Part shown: one piece after another, positions 10,213-21,461 of the stretch
Layout: each line of letters begins with the position of its first letter
How positions within the stretch are numbered: position 1 is the stretch's first letter
IMG/VR virus record: IMGVR_UViG_3300032246_003079
DNA: 64,000 nt
Direction: 5' to 3' (one strand)
DNA from: a virus
The notes under the pieces: model-generated
Told to the model about the DNA's origin: nothing
Seen by the model: only the letters and a program-made list of their open reading frames with translations
Databases searched by the model: none
Translations under genes and position numbers: made by a program

Positions 10213-10529
10213 AAGTGTTAGTTGAAAATATAAATAGAATTTTAAGTTTGATGCTTTTAGAAAAAAAAGATGAAGAAGTCGAACTTGATGAATCTGACAT
10301 TTTAGAAGATGAGGAAGGTGGTGGTGCCTCTTCAGGTGGAGGTGGGTCGTCGACAGGTTATCCTTCGATAGAAAAATGGGAAACAGGATTGACAAGAGGA
10401 CCTGCAAATTCTTTAGGTGGTAAAAAAGAAGATAAAGTAACAAGAGGGAAGGGAAACATGTTGGGTAAGGCTGGTGAAAAATGGTCATCAGGAAGAACTT
10501 TTGGTAAAACCGGTAAATATAAAATATAA
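10209..10529 (+). CDS. small Gly/Lys-rich protein with leader MKVLVENINRILSLMLLE (candidate internal head protein)
   Basis: 106 aa. Acidic linker followed by basic repeats (TRGPAN / TRGKGN). Confidence 0.6.
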   Translation: MKVLVENINRILSLMLLEKKDEEVELDESDILEDEEGGGASSGGGGSSTGYPSIEKWETGLTRGPANSLGGKKEDKVTRGKGNMLGKAGEKWSSGRTFGKTGKYKI

Positions 10530-10539
10530 AACATAGATT

Positions 10540-12957
10540 ATGAAAGACAATTTACATGAAGAAATTTTAAGACAATTATCACTTATCAGATTTGATAGGG
10601 GTAAAACCATTATTGAGAATAGAGAAATAGTTTTAAGTGAATCTGAGTGGTGTAAATCTAAAGAAGCTGCGGGTGTAAAATCTTTGTTATTTCAATTAGG
10701 TTTTTTTAAAATACCAAAAAGTTATTGGGTTTGGGGTTGTCCAAATTACAATTCGGGAACTGATGCGTACAATGACGCGGCATTATCAGCCATGAGATAT
10801 TTAACAAATCTCTTGTTTAATGAAATTCAGGCAGCATCCTTGGATTCTTTTTTTAAAGTAAATGTGTTGGGTGGTAAATCAGGAGGCGAATGGAAATTTA
10901 GTAAGTTTGACCAAAATCTAATAGATACATTAAAGGAACAATTATACCCCCCAAAACAGTCGGGACTTGGTGTTGATGACACACAAATTCGAAGTAGAAA
11001 TATATATAACACTTTTGTTTTACAAGACTTTTATTTCAACTACCCTAAATTAACACAAAATATAGACCTTTTTGATGGAGGCCCTTGGAATTTTTTAAAT
11101 AGTTTTTTTGGTTCTTCACCAGGAAATTCAGGTTCCCAAATAAACATACCTGTTGCAGTGTCAAACATAAAAACTGTAAACGCATTTAAACAACCTATGT
11201 TAAACCGTGACATTGAATCGGGAGATGTGGTTAGAAAAGTTGTTGATACATATAAATCATCTAGTGAACCTAATTTTGATTCATACGTTTCTGCGTACCA
11301 TACTATTATACCGATAATAAGTTTAATGTTAAATTTCTTTCCTCCTGCAGGTCCTGTGGTTGGTTCATCATTAGAAATAATAGATGCTGCTCTTTATGAA
11401 TTTTATGATGAAGACCCTTATTTGGCCGGATTTACGTTTGCGATGGCGTTAATACCATTCTCAGAATTAAACTCGTTTAAAAGTTTTACCAAACTATTAC
11501 AAATCGCAGGAACGGAAACAAAGGCTTTAAATACAATATCAAAAAAACTTATTAGTCAAACTCCAGAAACATTGACTTCTTTTGAGAAAGAATTTATGAA
11601 AGATATATTAAACCCAAAAGTTATTTTACCAAAATTGAAAAAAAATTTTACTAAAATTTTACAAGCAGGTTTAAAAAGTAAAGGGGCTAAATTTGTAGTC
11701 AATTTAGTGAATGCAGTGGCAAAATCTAGTGGTTGGAATAATACTGTTATGAGAAACATATATAAAATTTGGGGTGTCACTTATAGTTATGATTGGTGGG
11801 CTTACAATAATTTAGGAACATGCTCTGCAACTTTTAATTGGGATGAGCTTACAAAAATTATTGGAATAGAGACAAAAAAATACAAAGGTGATATTGCGTA
11901 CGAAAAGATTATCAATGACAGAAAAAATGAACTTATAACACAGTTAAACCCTCAACCTTTTACTAGTTCGCCCGAAGAATGTAAAAAACTTGCAGAAATT
12001 AAATTAATGGAGGAAGTTAAAAAAATCCAACTAGATAAACAAAGATTATTTAATTTTTTACTTAAGAGCACTTTTGAAACCATGTTACAAAAAAATGTTG
12101 TCATGAGTGACAGATATAAAAATCAATATGAAATCGAAGTTGAAATGTTACAATCCATGTTGGTTCAAGTTGTGGGAGTACCTTTAATGGGTATTGATTA
12201 TAAAATTGAAAATTTTTTCGATGGAAGTAAGGGAAAAACCAAATCTTCAAATTTAATTTCAAAACTAGTTGCTAAAAACATGGGCACATTAGGAAATTAT
12301 CAAAACTCAAAATTAACATTGGCTAATGTTAGTTCTATAAATAAAATAGAAATAATAAACACAATCCCTGGTGACCGTGTAGTTGACACCATAAGACCTA
12401 TGGGAAAAAAAGAAGTCACTTCAAAAAAAATAAATTTATCTCCAAGTTTTAAATTAAAATTTGAGTATAAAAATGGTACAAAAAAAGAAAGTGGTTTAAT
12501 AAATAATAACGTGTCTTTAGAAAGTATAACAGGTGGGTTATTTTCTGAAGGTGGAGCTAAATCAAGAGTAAATTGGGGTTATTTTGATGATATTACAAAA
12601 ACAATGGTTGAAGTTTATCAAAAAAATGAAGGTTTAGAACAAACAGGAAAAGTTGACTCCAAAACATTGTCGGATTTAATTTATGATTTAACAGAAGGGA
12701 CAACTATAAAAAATATAACAAATTTAAAAATAGATAAAGAAGAAGAAAATAAAAAAATATTAGAATTAGCATTATCAAACTTAATCGACAACTGGGAAAA
12801 CACACAAAAAGAACCGGACCCTAATACTTTAACAGATGAGCAAAAAAAAGACAGTATGGAAGTTGTAGAATATTGGATGAATATGAATTTTGGTAACAAC
12901 ATGGAAGACCAAGTAAAAAAATTTCAATTAGTTGACACTGTTTTAAACAAAAAATAA
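10540..12957 (+). CDS. large virion-associated protein with C-terminal peptidoglycan-binding-like motif
   Basis: 805 aa. Leader MKDNLHEEILRQLSLI. Hydrophobic segment. WGYFDDITKTMVEVYQKNEGLEQTGKVDSKT resembles PG_binding_1. Confidence 0.55.
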   Translation: MKDNLHEEILRQLSLIRFDRGKTIIENREIVLSESEWCKSKEAAGVKSLLFQLGFFKIPKSYWVWGCPNYNSGTDAYNDAALSAMRYLTNLLFNEIQAASLDSFFKVNVLGGKSGGEWKFSKFDQNLIDTLKEQLYPPKQSGLGVDDTQIRSRNIYNTFVLQDFYFNYPKLTQNIDLFDGGPWNFLNSFFGSSPGNSGSQINIPVAVSNIKTVNAFKQPMLNRDIESGDVVRKVVDTYKSSSEPNFDSYVSAYHTIIPIISLMLNFFPPAGPVVGSSLEIIDAALYEFYDEDPYLAGFTFAMALIPFSELNSFKSFTKLLQIAGTETKALNTISKKLISQTPETLTSFEKEFMKDILNPKVILPKLKKNFTKILQAGLKSKGAKFVVNLVNAVAKSSGWNNTVMRNIYKIWGVTYSYDWWAYNNLGTCSATFNWDELTKIIGIETKKYKGDIAYEKIINDRKNELITQLNPQPFTSSPEECKKLAEIKLMEEVKKIQLDKQRLFNFLLKSTFETMLQKNVVMSDRYKNQYEIEVEMLQSMLVQVVGVPLMGIDYKIENFFDGSKGKTKSSNLISKLVAKNMGTLGNYQNSKLTLANVSSINKIEIINTIPGDRVVDTIRPMGKKEVTSKKINLSPSFKLKFEYKNGTKKESGLINNNVSLESITGGLFSEGGAKSRVNWGYFDDITKTMVEVYQKNEGLEQTGKVDSKTLSDLIYDLTEGTTIKNITNLKIDKEEENKKILELALSNLIDNWENTQKEPDPNTLTDEQKKDSMEVVEYWMNMNFGNNMEDQVKKFQLVDTVLNKK

Positions 12958-12993
12958 AATTTATACTTTATAAATGTATTTATATATAAAAAA

Positions 12994-15444
12994 ATGAATA
13001 ATAATTTAATATTAGAAATAAATAGGGCAAAATCCTTAATGGGGTTAAAAGAAGAAAATTTTCTTACAAATAGTCATATTTTAAATGAGGGAGGTCCTCC
13101 AATCACACAATTAGGAAAACTTTTAATTCATGCGGATGAGGCATTTGAATCGGTTGATGATGTAAAAAAATTATTAAAAGGAATGAATGACTTAATACCA
13201 AAAGGGTCTAAGGTAGTTAAATTAACTGCTCAAGAAATAGATGATATGGCCCAAGGTTTAAAAAATCAAAAAACAGAGATTGCAAATGCGGCTAGAGCCG
13301 ATAAATTGGGGTCTTTAAGTACAAACCCTAGTAGTTTTTATAAAAAATTTAATGATTTTAAAATAAAAGTACAAAACGCAAAAGGAGGAGCTTCTATAGA
13401 CAATAATCAAATGTTTATAAATTCTGTTGATAGTGCGTTAAATAAAGTTTTTGACAACCCTGATGGTAAAGTGTATCTGGCTTATAGTGATTCATATTTT
13501 GAAATGGAAAAACTTATTGACGATGAATATCTTGGGGGTGCAAAAAAACCAAATAAAAAAGAATTAAAAGAATTTTATAAAGGGTATTTTGAAGACGAGT
13601 TAAAAGCGAAAGGAATACCATTCAAATCAGGTGATAAAAATTTTGACCGTTTAGAGACGTGGTTAGACAAAAAAATAGAAACTCACCTTGATGAGTGGCA
13701 AAAAGAGAAGGGATTGACTTACGATGAAAAACCTGTAACCAATATTGAGGATATAAAAAAAGTTAGTGGTAAGTGGAGATTTTTAAATAACCTAATTAAA
13801 AAATTCAAAAATATTGGAAAAACTTTTGATGAGTTAAAAGCGTCTTTAGACGACAACTTAAATTTATTAAAATCATTTCCAGCCGAAAAAATTGTAATAG
13901 AAAACTCAACAACACCAACCACAGAATTTCAATCTTTAGTTAGAGGAATTGCATACGATATTGACCAAATAGATGGTATTGAAAAAAATGCCAGAAAAAT
14001 ATGGGATGAAGTCTTAGATGAGTTAAGAAAAGAAGGTGAAACGGAATTAGTTAAGGCGATTGAAGATTCATTAATATATGGAGAGCCTGGTTCCAACATT
14101 ATGCCAAAATGGAAACCTGAATCTTTTAAACAATATTTTCAAGATTTAAAAACAAGATACCCAAGTACCCCTGAGAGTGTTTTTAAAAATGCAGAGCAAA
14201 TTAACTCTTTTATGGAAGATTTTACAAAGTTTAAAAATTTTGTTAAAAGTGTCTTTAAAGATGGGATTAGTGGGTTATTTAAAAATATTAAAGAATATAT
14301 AAAAACATTTGAGTTTTCTTGGAGAAATATTTGGATGGAAGTTTTCTTTGGTCAGATAAGGACTTTTAAAACATTAGGTAAAATGCTTGGAACTAAAGGA
14401 TTTGGCACATGGAAAAAACTACTTCAAAATTTTTTATGGCAATATATAAAATTATTAGTTTTTAAAAAAGCTTTAATAATTATTCCCGTAACAATAAACA
14501 CCCTTATCGCGATTGGTTTCGAAAAAAATGAAATAGATAGAATTTCATCTGAAACAAAAAAAACAGGTTATGATTTATTGTTGGGTGAAATTGTAAAGGC
14601 ATACACTGAATTTAACACTTCAGATTTACTTCCTTTTGATATTGAGTGGGAATATAATTTAATAAAATCTGGTTTATTAGGTATAGATAGAGAGTTAAGT
14701 CAAGACCCGGATAAAACAAAATCCGAATTAGTGATGTCCAAAAATCAAGCTTTTGATGAATGGTGGAACAGTATGGGTCAGGAGGAGCAAAAGGCATTAT
14801 TAAAAGGGTTTGCCGAACCACAAGGATTTCTTTCACCGTTTGGGAGATTATATCAGTATGTAACACAAGAAAACCCAAACCAGCAACAATTTTTAAAATA
14901 TAACGGTTTAAAAGAAAGTGATTTAGAAAAATTTAAAAAATCTTTAGTTGTATACAAAGATATATCGGTTAATGAGGATGCGTTAAACATAGACCTTGAT
15001 AAAATAAAACAAGTGTTTAAAAATCCTAAAAACGTAGAAAAAATAATTGAAAATGTCAAAATAATAGATGGTGCGGTTAGAGATAAAAATGGATATTTAT
15101 ATCGGGTTATTGGTGAATTAGGAACAGGTGGTGAATCTTACAAATTCTCATTTAAAAAAGTACCGTATGAACCATTTTATTTTTATGCTAAAGTGGCCCC
15201 TGCCAGTGTTTCTGACCCAGTTTTATATAAAATTTATTATGCCGCTACAACAGATGAAAAACCTGAACCTGCAACATTGAATGATATAAAGAAAGCAAAC
15301 CCTAAAACAATACCAAACATAAATGGATTTGAAAAAGAAAAAGATGCTAAAGATGTTGTAAAAAAACTTAATGATATGGAAAATACATTAATAGAAGATA
15401 AAACCATAATAAGTGCAAAAGATTTTGCTGACAAATATTTATAA
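12994..15444 (+). CDS. large hypothetical protein with leader MNNNLILEINRAKSLMGLKEE (candidate ejected/internal protein)
   Basis: 816 aa, helical and Lys-rich, one hydrophobic stretch. TATTTAT at 12977-12983. Confidence 0.6.
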   Translation: MNNNLILEINRAKSLMGLKEENFLTNSHILNEGGPPITQLGKLLIHADEAFESVDDVKKLLKGMNDLIPKGSKVVKLTAQEIDDMAQGLKNQKTEIANAARADKLGSLSTNPSSFYKKFNDFKIKVQNAKGGASIDNNQMFINSVDSALNKVFDNPDGKVYLAYSDSYFEMEKLIDDEYLGGAKKPNKKELKEFYKGYFEDELKAKGIPFKSGDKNFDRLETWLDKKIETHLDEWQKEKGLTYDEKPVTNIEDIKKVSGKWRFLNNLIKKFKNIGKTFDELKASLDDNLNLLKSFPAEKIVIENSTTPTTEFQSLVRGIAYDIDQIDGIEKNARKIWDEVLDELRKEGETELVKAIEDSLIYGEPGSNIMPKWKPESFKQYFQDLKTRYPSTPESVFKNAEQINSFMEDFTKFKNFVKSVFKDGISGLFKNIKEYIKTFEFSWRNIWMEVFFGQIRTFKTLGKMLGTKGFGTWKKLLQNFLWQYIKLLVFKKALIIIPVTINTLIAIGFEKNEIDRISSETKKTGYDLLLGEIVKAYTEFNTSDLLPFDIEWEYNLIKSGLLGIDRELSQDPDKTKSELVMSKNQAFDEWWNSMGQEEQKALLKGFAEPQGFLSPFGRLYQYVTQENPNQQQFLKYNGLKESDLEKFKKSLVVYKDISVNEDALNIDLDKIKQVFKNPKNVEKIIENVKIIDGAVRDKNGYLYRVIGELGTGGESYKFSFKKVPYEPFYFYAKVAPASVSDPVLYKIYYAATTDEKPEPATLNDIKKANPKTIPNINGFEKEKDAKDVVKKLNDMENTLIEDKTIISAKDFADKYL

Positions 15445-15447
15445 ATA

Positions 15448-16311
15448 ATGAAACCAAGAACTAAATTCGGAGAAGACAATTTTAAACATTGGAAAGATAC
15501 TTTCAAATTTCAATCATATGATGATGATAATGCTGAGTATAAAGATGTAAAAATTAAAATGGAAGATGTAATGGATAGAATTGCCCATTACAGAAAAAAA
15601 TACGACGAGGACGATGCGTTTGTAAGGGCGGTTGTTGATACACACGAAAATGTTGTAAGAATCCTTTTTACAAAAGATTTGGCACATTTAACTGAATCTG
15701 TAAGATTAGTTGGTTTAATAAATGTTTTACGTTTAATACGAGAAGATAGAGGTGAAATGGAAATTTGGTCTGTATCAAGACCAACTAACGGAAACTGGTT
15801 TTTGGTGAAAGGTGATTTTAATAAAAAAGAATTGTCCAATATGGACCTTAACAAAAAAGAACCTGAAGATAGAGAAAAAAAAGTTAATGTAAGACCTGAA
15901 GAAGGTCTAAAAAAAAAAGAACAGGAAGCAATAAACGTTCTTAAAATTAACGAAAAAAAAGGTTTAGAAATATTACCTGTTAGAATTAAAGAAAAAGTAA
16001 AAGAAAAAATATCAAAAGGTTGGACCACTGAAGTTCCCCCTCAAGAGTTAGGTAGGTATTTTACAAAAAGTTTTATCAATACCGCATTTGCAGATAAAAT
16101 TGAAATATATAAGTTAAAACCAACAAAAGAGTTTTTTCATTCTTTAAAAACACAAAAAGAAAATATTGATTTGAGTAGAGGATTTTGCAGAACCTTATAT
16201 TTCTGTAAAAGAGATTTGAATTTATCCAATTTATCAAAAGATACTGTTGAAAATTATTTGGAGGATTGTAACACAAGATTCGACGGTAAATTAGGTGTAT
16301 CTCACATTTAA
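15448..16311 (+). CDS. hypothetical protein
   Basis: 287 aa ORF directly following 12994-15444. Confidence 0.6.
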   Translation: MKPRTKFGEDNFKHWKDTFKFQSYDDDNAEYKDVKIKMEDVMDRIAHYRKKYDEDDAFVRAVVDTHENVVRILFTKDLAHLTESVRLVGLINVLRLIREDRGEMEIWSVSRPTNGNWFLVKGDFNKKELSNMDLNKKEPEDREKKVNVRPEEGLKKKEQEAINVLKINEKKGLEILPVRIKEKVKEKISKGWTTEVPPQELGRYFTKSFINTAFADKIEIYKLKPTKEFFHSLKTQKENIDLSRGFCRTLYFCKRDLNLSNLSKDTVENYLEDCNTRFDGKLGVSHI

Positions 16312-16338
16312 TATATTTTAAAATATTTATATTGTAAC

Positions 16339-19300
16339 ATGTCAAAAGCAATCATCATATCTGAAAGTGAAAAGAAAAAAATACTTGGTCTTTACGGGTT
16401 AATTAAAGAAGATACTTGTGAAGGTGATTGTAAAAATGGTGTTGGGGTTTTAACAACCCCCATAGGTACTTTTGAAGGAACATTTAAAAATGGAAAACTT
16501 AATGGTCAAGGAAAAATAACTTTTATTAGTGGTGATAAACAAGAGGGCATATTTTTAGATAATATATTAAACGGTCAAGGTAAAAGAATTGATAAAACAA
16601 GTGATGGTAAGGTTACAATATATGAAGGTACATTTAAAAATGGGACTATAACATCAGGTAAAATAACTTATCCGTCTGGTAGGGTAAAAGAAACTCTTTC
16701 TGGAGGTAAGTTTATATATAAGGATGATTACTATTCGTTAGTAGGTAATGGAAAAATAAAACATCCTGATGGTAGTATATCTGAAGGTGAGTTTGATGGA
16801 AGCGATAATTTAAACGGTACAGGAACAATAACTTTAAAGGATGGTACAAAACATAAGGGTACGTTTGATGATGGTAAATTAAAAATATCAGGAAATATTC
16901 AAAATGGTGTTGGAAAATATATTGATAGTGATGGTACTATATATGAAGGTACGTTTAAAAATGGATACCTTAATGGTCAAGGAAAAATGACTTGCTATTG
17001 GGGTGATATATACGAAGGTACGTTTGTTGATAATCTATTAAACGGTACAGGAAAAATAACTTTTACTAATGGTAATATATACGAAGGTACATTTGTTGAT
17101 AGTCTATTAAACGGTACAGGAAAAATAAAACGTCCTAATGGTAGTATATCTGAAGGTACGTTTAAAGATAATGAATTAATATCTGGAACCGGTGTAATAG
17201 ATAATGATGAAGGATACTACGAGGGTGAAATAGAAAATGGTAAACCCCAAGGTAAAGGTAAATTACATAACATTTCATCGGAATCCGCTGGTAAAATTTA
17301 CGTATCACCATTTAGACCAAATTTTCATGATGATGTATTTACATACGAAGGTGTATTTAGTAACGGAAAACCTGAAGGCGAAGGAAAAATTACATTTGAA
17401 AATGGAGATGTGTATGAAGGAGATTTTTATGGAGGAAAAATAGACGGTATTGGAAAAATGACTTTTGCAAACGGTTCAGTTTACGATGGTGAATTTGAAA
17501 CCATTTCAAAAGATTCGTTAAAATCTACTTACAAAGTAAAAACAAAAAATGACACAATAGAAGATTTGGTAAAGTACAACTCAGAACGACCAAGAGTGAC
17601 TGATGTATATTCTGATTTAACAAATCAAAATAGAACCAAAGGAATTTTAAAATCAGGAACACTAACAGGTTTTGTGAAAGCAACATTATCAAAAAATAAA
17701 GATTCAAAAGTTGTTGATGGTTTAAAAGATATTGTTGATAATGAAACACTATCAACTCTTACTATCGCTAATAAATTAAAACCAACAACGGCTAAAATAA
17801 CTTTACAACACAAAACAATTAAAAATATAACTTATAAAACAGAATCTGACTACGAAGGAAATTTTGAATTTGAAAATATAGAATTAGGTGATTATTTGTT
17901 AACAGTCGACACTGATAATAAATTTTCATCATTGAAAAATTATAATTTCAAAATGAACAATCAAGATAAAGAAATAACTATAATTCTATCCGATAAAAAA
18001 TTATTTATGAAGGAATATTTTGAAAAATATTATCTAAATGAGTCTGACAATTCTGCAACAGTTTTTGGTAAAATTACAGACTCAACCGATAATCCTCTAT
18101 CAGGTGCAAAAGTAACATTATCAACCGCAGGTAAAAGTTATGGAGCCATTTCTGATGGTGAAGGGAACTATGAAATTATAAACGTACCTATTGGTTCGTA
18201 TAAATTAAAATTTTTTCACATGGACTACGGTTCAACGGAAACAGAAAATTTAGAAATAACTTCAAACACAAAAATTCAAAAAAATTATAAGTTTAAATCT
18301 TTAGATAAAAAGGAGGTCGCAACAAAAATAATAGTTAAAACTGAACAGGTGTGTGTTGTTGATGTAACAGTTTTAGATGAAGATGGTGAAAATATTTCTA
18401 ACGCTGACGTATCTTTTTTAATTGACAATGAAATTATAGCGAGAAGTAAAACCGACGATAATGGAAAATTATCAAATTTTGTAATACCTTATAACGATAA
18501 ATTTAAAAAAAATAAAGACTTACCTTGTGAAGAAAAAACAAAAGTTCAGATTGTTGCAAGTTTTAAAGGTAAAAAGGGAACCCCAAAAGAATTTGAACTT
18601 TGTGTATTCAATGGAAAAAAAGAAAACAAAATAGTAAGTAGAATAAAAACAGATTCTTACGACATGTCTTCGTCAAATATTTTTGAAGTGTCAATCAACA
18701 CACAATTTGAGTACTCAATACTTGCAACTGACTCAGAAAATAATATGCCTTTGTCTGATGCTAGTATTATGGTTTATTCAGATAGTAGTAAAAAAGAACT
18801 TTTAACTTCAGGTAAAGGGTCTGTAGAGGACTTCATTAAATTAGACAGAAGACCAAGAAATTTTGAAACATCAGAAGTTTATTACGAAATATCAAATGAA
18901 GGGTATGACACAGAAAAAGGTAAATTAAAAATTAAAAAAAGAGGTGAAAATGAATTTTATATCAAACTTGACAAAAATGACGCATTTTTTAAATTCAATT
19001 TACTTAAAGTTGTTGACCAAGATAATAAAACAATCGATGGTGTTGAGTTTGCAATCATTGAAGATAGAAACAACCCAAAAAAATCAATAGAGGGTGTAAT
19101 ACCTTTTCAGGGTGGAAAAATAAAAAGAGGATTGAACAGAAAATCTGAACCTGAAAATAATAAAATTGTTTTTATTACCCTTGAAAAAGATGGGTATGAA
19201 TTAAAAACAGAAAGATTGAAATTAGTTTCAAATAAGGAAAATAATAATTTTGAGTTTAAATTAACAAAAATTGGACCCGAAAAAGAACCAAAAAAACTTT

Positions 19301-19821
19301 CTGATTTAAAAAGTTGTGAAAATATAATTGAACAATATTATCAAACTTATGTGTCATTATATAGAAAAACTATTTCTGCTGACTCAATAGATAAAACACA
19401 ATTAAAAAAAGACAAACAAAAAATTGTTGGTTGTCATACCACACTTAGAAATAAATTATCTAGAAAAAGTTTGGATTACATAAAACAATTAACAAATGTT
19501 TCACCATCAATAGAATTTATGGAAATAACTTTGCAAGTTAATGAAAATGAAAATATTTATAGTAGAACAACAAATTTAGACAATAGAATTAAAAATATTA
19601 TCAAAGAACAAAAAGAAATGAAATCAAGTATGTTAGTTGAAAAAAGATTAGTTGAAAAAAGATTTGATTTTATTATTGAATCTTTAATGAGTCAAAATAA
19701 TATTTCAGATAGAAAATTTATAAGAGAATTACAGACAGAAAAAAATAAAATGATTGAACTAGGATACGATAGTTTAATTGTTCAAGATTCATTCTTAAAT
19801 GTAATGAATACATTCTTTTAA
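16339..19821 (+). CDS. MORN-repeat protein fused to carboxypeptidase-regulatory-like (beta-sandwich) domains, with leader
   Basis: 1160 aa. Many YEGTFxNGxLNGxGKxT MORN repeats. VFGKITDSTDNPLSGAKV...SDGEGNYEI..VPIGSYKL. Leader MSKAIIISESEKKKILGLYGLIKE. Confidence 0.78.
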   Translation: MSKAIIISESEKKKILGLYGLIKEDTCEGDCKNGVGVLTTPIGTFEGTFKNGKLNGQGKITFISGDKQEGIFLDNILNGQGKRIDKTSDGKVTIYEGTFKNGTITSGKITYPSGRVKETLSGGKFIYKDDYYSLVGNGKIKHPDGSISEGEFDGSDNLNGTGTITLKDGTKHKGTFDDGKLKISGNIQNGVGKYIDSDGTIYEGTFKNGYLNGQGKMTCYWGDIYEGTFVDNLLNGTGKITFTNGNIYEGTFVDSLLNGTGKIKRPNGSISEGTFKDNELISGTGVIDNDEGYYEGEIENGKPQGKGKLHNISSESAGKIYVSPFRPNFHDDVFTYEGVFSNGKPEGEGKITFENGDVYEGDFYGGKIDGIGKMTFANGSVYDGEFETISKDSLKSTYKVKTKNDTIEDLVKYNSERPRVTDVYSDLTNQNRTKGILKSGTLTGFVKATLSKNKDSKVVDGLKDIVDNETLSTLTIANKLKPTTAKITLQHKTIKNITYKTESDYEGNFEFENIELGDYLLTVDTDNKFSSLKNYNFKMNNQDKEITIILSDKKLFMKEYFEKYYLNESDNSATVFGKITDSTDNPLSGAKVTLSTAGKSYGAISDGEGNYEIINVPIGSYKLKFFHMDYGSTETENLEITSNTKIQKNYKFKSLDKKEVATKIIVKTEQVCVVDVTVLDEDGENISNADVSFLIDNEIIARSKTDDNGKLSNFVIPYNDKFKKNKDLPCEEKTKVQIVASFKGKKGTPKEFELCVFNGKKENKIVSRIKTDSYDMSSSNIFEVSINTQFEYSILATDSENNMPLSDASIMVYSDSSKKELLTSGKGSVEDFIKLDRRPRNFETSEVYYEISNEGYDTEKGKLKIKKRGENEFYIKLDKNDAFFKFNLLKVVDQDNKTIDGVEFAIIEDRNNPKKSIEGVIPFQGGKIKRGLNRKSEPENNKIVFITLEKDGYELKTERLKLVSNKENNNFEFKLTKIGPEKEPKKLSDLKSCENIIEQYYQTYVSLYRKTISADSIDKTQLKKDKQKIVGCHTTLRNKLSRKSLDYIKQLTNVSPSIEFMEITLQVNENENIYSRTTNLDNRIKNIIKEQKEMKSSMLVEKRLVEKRFDFIIESLMSQNNISDRKFIRELQTEKNKMIELGYDSLIVQDSFLNVMNTFF

Positions 19822-19926
19822 AAAATATTGTGTTTGTTGTCACAATCAAATAAAAACAACAATTAGAAATCTAAATAGAAATGGATTTCATAAACTTTTA
19901 AAGAAAAGGGGGTGTTTCGTATCTAA

Positions 19927-19955
19927 GGAAGGTGTCCGAGAGGACACCTTTTCTT
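19927..19955 (+). terminator. intrinsic terminator (GAGA tetraloop)
   Basis: aaggtgtcc-gaga-ggacacctt followed by a T-rich tail. Confidence 0.75.
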
Positions 19956-19974
19956 GTATGTACTATTTATCAAT

Positions 19975-21435
19975 ATGGAGTTTTTTATCAGAAAAAATGC
20001 AACCTTACCTGTTTTAGGTCTTAATATTTTCAAAAATGGAAGGACAAGTTTTAATCTTAAAGATTCTTCTTTGAGTGGCTCGACCATTTTGTTTTACATG
20101 ACCAATGAAGAAACGGGTGTTTATAAAGTTGCAAGAGGTAATTGTACTTATGATTCTACAAATGAAATGGTATATTACCAATTCACAAAAAGAAACACAA
20201 GTGATGTTGGAAGATACGAAGGGTCTTTTTTTGTAACAAATAGTCAAGGGTCAATTCAAATACCATTAAAAGAAAAACTTTATATTAACATTACAGAATC
20301 TATATCAAATACTGATTTTTGTTGTAGTCCAACAGGTAATATAATTACACCTTCATTTTACAATACTTTAGAGCCCGAATTAATTGTTCTCATTGCAGTT
20401 GAAGTTCTACCTGGCTCTGTTATTTTAAAATCTACCGTTAATATTAATAAAGAACTAACTGAAGATTTAGGTGTTCATTTTGATGTTGTATTGACAGATT
20501 TGTCCGACAACCAAATTGTGATACCAAAAATAGTAGTCATTGATAAAAATTCCACATCACAAATTTTAACGATTAGTTTGGATATGGACTATAACAATAT
20601 TAAAGAGTTTGTTTTGATTGAAAATGTAAAAACAGACAAACCCGACATTAATACAAATTTCGTAGTCGAAAAGGCTATGAAAGTTTTGCCAACGCCGACA
20701 CCTACTCCGACAGTTACTCAAACACCAACTCCGACACCAACTCAAACACCAACTCCGACACCAACTCAAACACCAACTCAAACACCTACTCCGACACCAA
20801 CTCAAACACCTACTCCGACACCAACTCAAACACCTACTCCGACACCAACTCAAACACCTACTCCGACAGTTACTCAAACACCTACTCCGACACCAACTCA
20901 AACACCTACTCCGACACCAACTCAAACACCTACTCCGACAGTTACTCAAACACCTACTCCGACAGTTACTCCGACAGTTACTCCAACACCTACTCCGACA
21001 GTTACTCCAACACCTACTCCAACGCCGACACCTACTCCAACGCCGACACCAACGCCGACACCAACGCCGACACCAACGCCGACACCAACGCCGACACCAA
21101 TAATAACTTCAACAATATTTTATGGAAAATCTTTAAAGGCTAATTTTGATGTTGGTGACGAATTATTATTTAATAACCTTCAAACACCTAAAACAACCGA
21201 TATATACCTAAATGTGACTTCTGGAAGTGGTTACATATATATTCTAATTCCAATAATAGATAATCAACCTTCGTTATTTAGAAATAGTAATTATGGTTGT
21301 AATGGATTTGTAATTCCAATAATAACAAAACCTAATGTAATTTTAATTGACAATTTAGGAAATACTACTATTTATTCTGTATATAGGTCATACGTGTCTA
21401 CTTCTGCTGGCGTTGGCGTATGGTTATGTGAATAA
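19975..21435 (+). CDS. virion structural protein (baseplate/fibre-associated) with long Pro-Thr linker
   Basis: Start reassigned to ATG 19975 ([12 protein letters not shown]), 4 nt after TATTTAT. N-terminal domain resembles BppU-type baseplate domains ([19 protein letters not shown]). About 135 aa of PT repeats. Confidence 0.6.
   Translation: MEFFIRKNATLPVLGLNIFKNGRTSFNLKDSSLSGSTILFYMTNEETGVYKVARGNCTYDSTNEMVYYQFTKRNTSDVGRYEGSFFVTNSQGSIQIPLKEKLYINITESISNTDFCCSPTGNIITPSFYNTLEPELIVLIAVEVLPGSVILKSTVNINKELTEDLGVHFDVVLTDLSDNQIVIPKIVVIDKNSTSQILTISLDMDYNNIKEFVLIENVKTDKPDINTNFVVEKAMKVLPTPTPTPTVTQTPTPTPTQTPTPTPTQTPTQTPTPTPTQTPTPTPTQTPTPTPTQTPTPTVTQTPTPTPTQTPTPTPTQTPTPTVTQTPTPTVTPTVTPTPTPTVTPTPTPTPTPTPTPTPTPTPTPTPTPTPTPTPIITSTIFYGKSLKANFDVGDELLFNNLQTPKTTDIYLNVTSGSGYIYILIPIIDNQPSLFRNSNYGCNGFVIPIITKPNVILIDNLGNTTIYSVYRSYVSTSAGVGVWLCE
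20689..21099 (+). repeat. coding tandem repeat encoding (PT)n / TPTPTQ
   Basis: Imperfect 12/24-bp units such as acacctactccgacaccaactcaa and ccaacgccgaca. Confidence 0.9.
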
Positions 21436-21461
21436 ATATTATATGTATATTTCTAATTTAA

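Noticed and set aside
15442-15450. Stop-codon readthrough fusing the in-frame 12994 and 15448 ORFs
   Set aside because: The stop is TAA followed closely by a normal ATG. Same-frame adjacency occurs by chance one time in three.
19822-19926. Possible small ncRNA upstream of the GAGA terminator
   Set aside because: Only weak AT-rich hairpins and no recognisable family motif. It is more simply a 3' UTR.
20689-21099. Tandem repeats as a possible CRISPR array
   Set aside because: In-frame coding repeats (PT linker) with no unique spacers. No cas genes are present.
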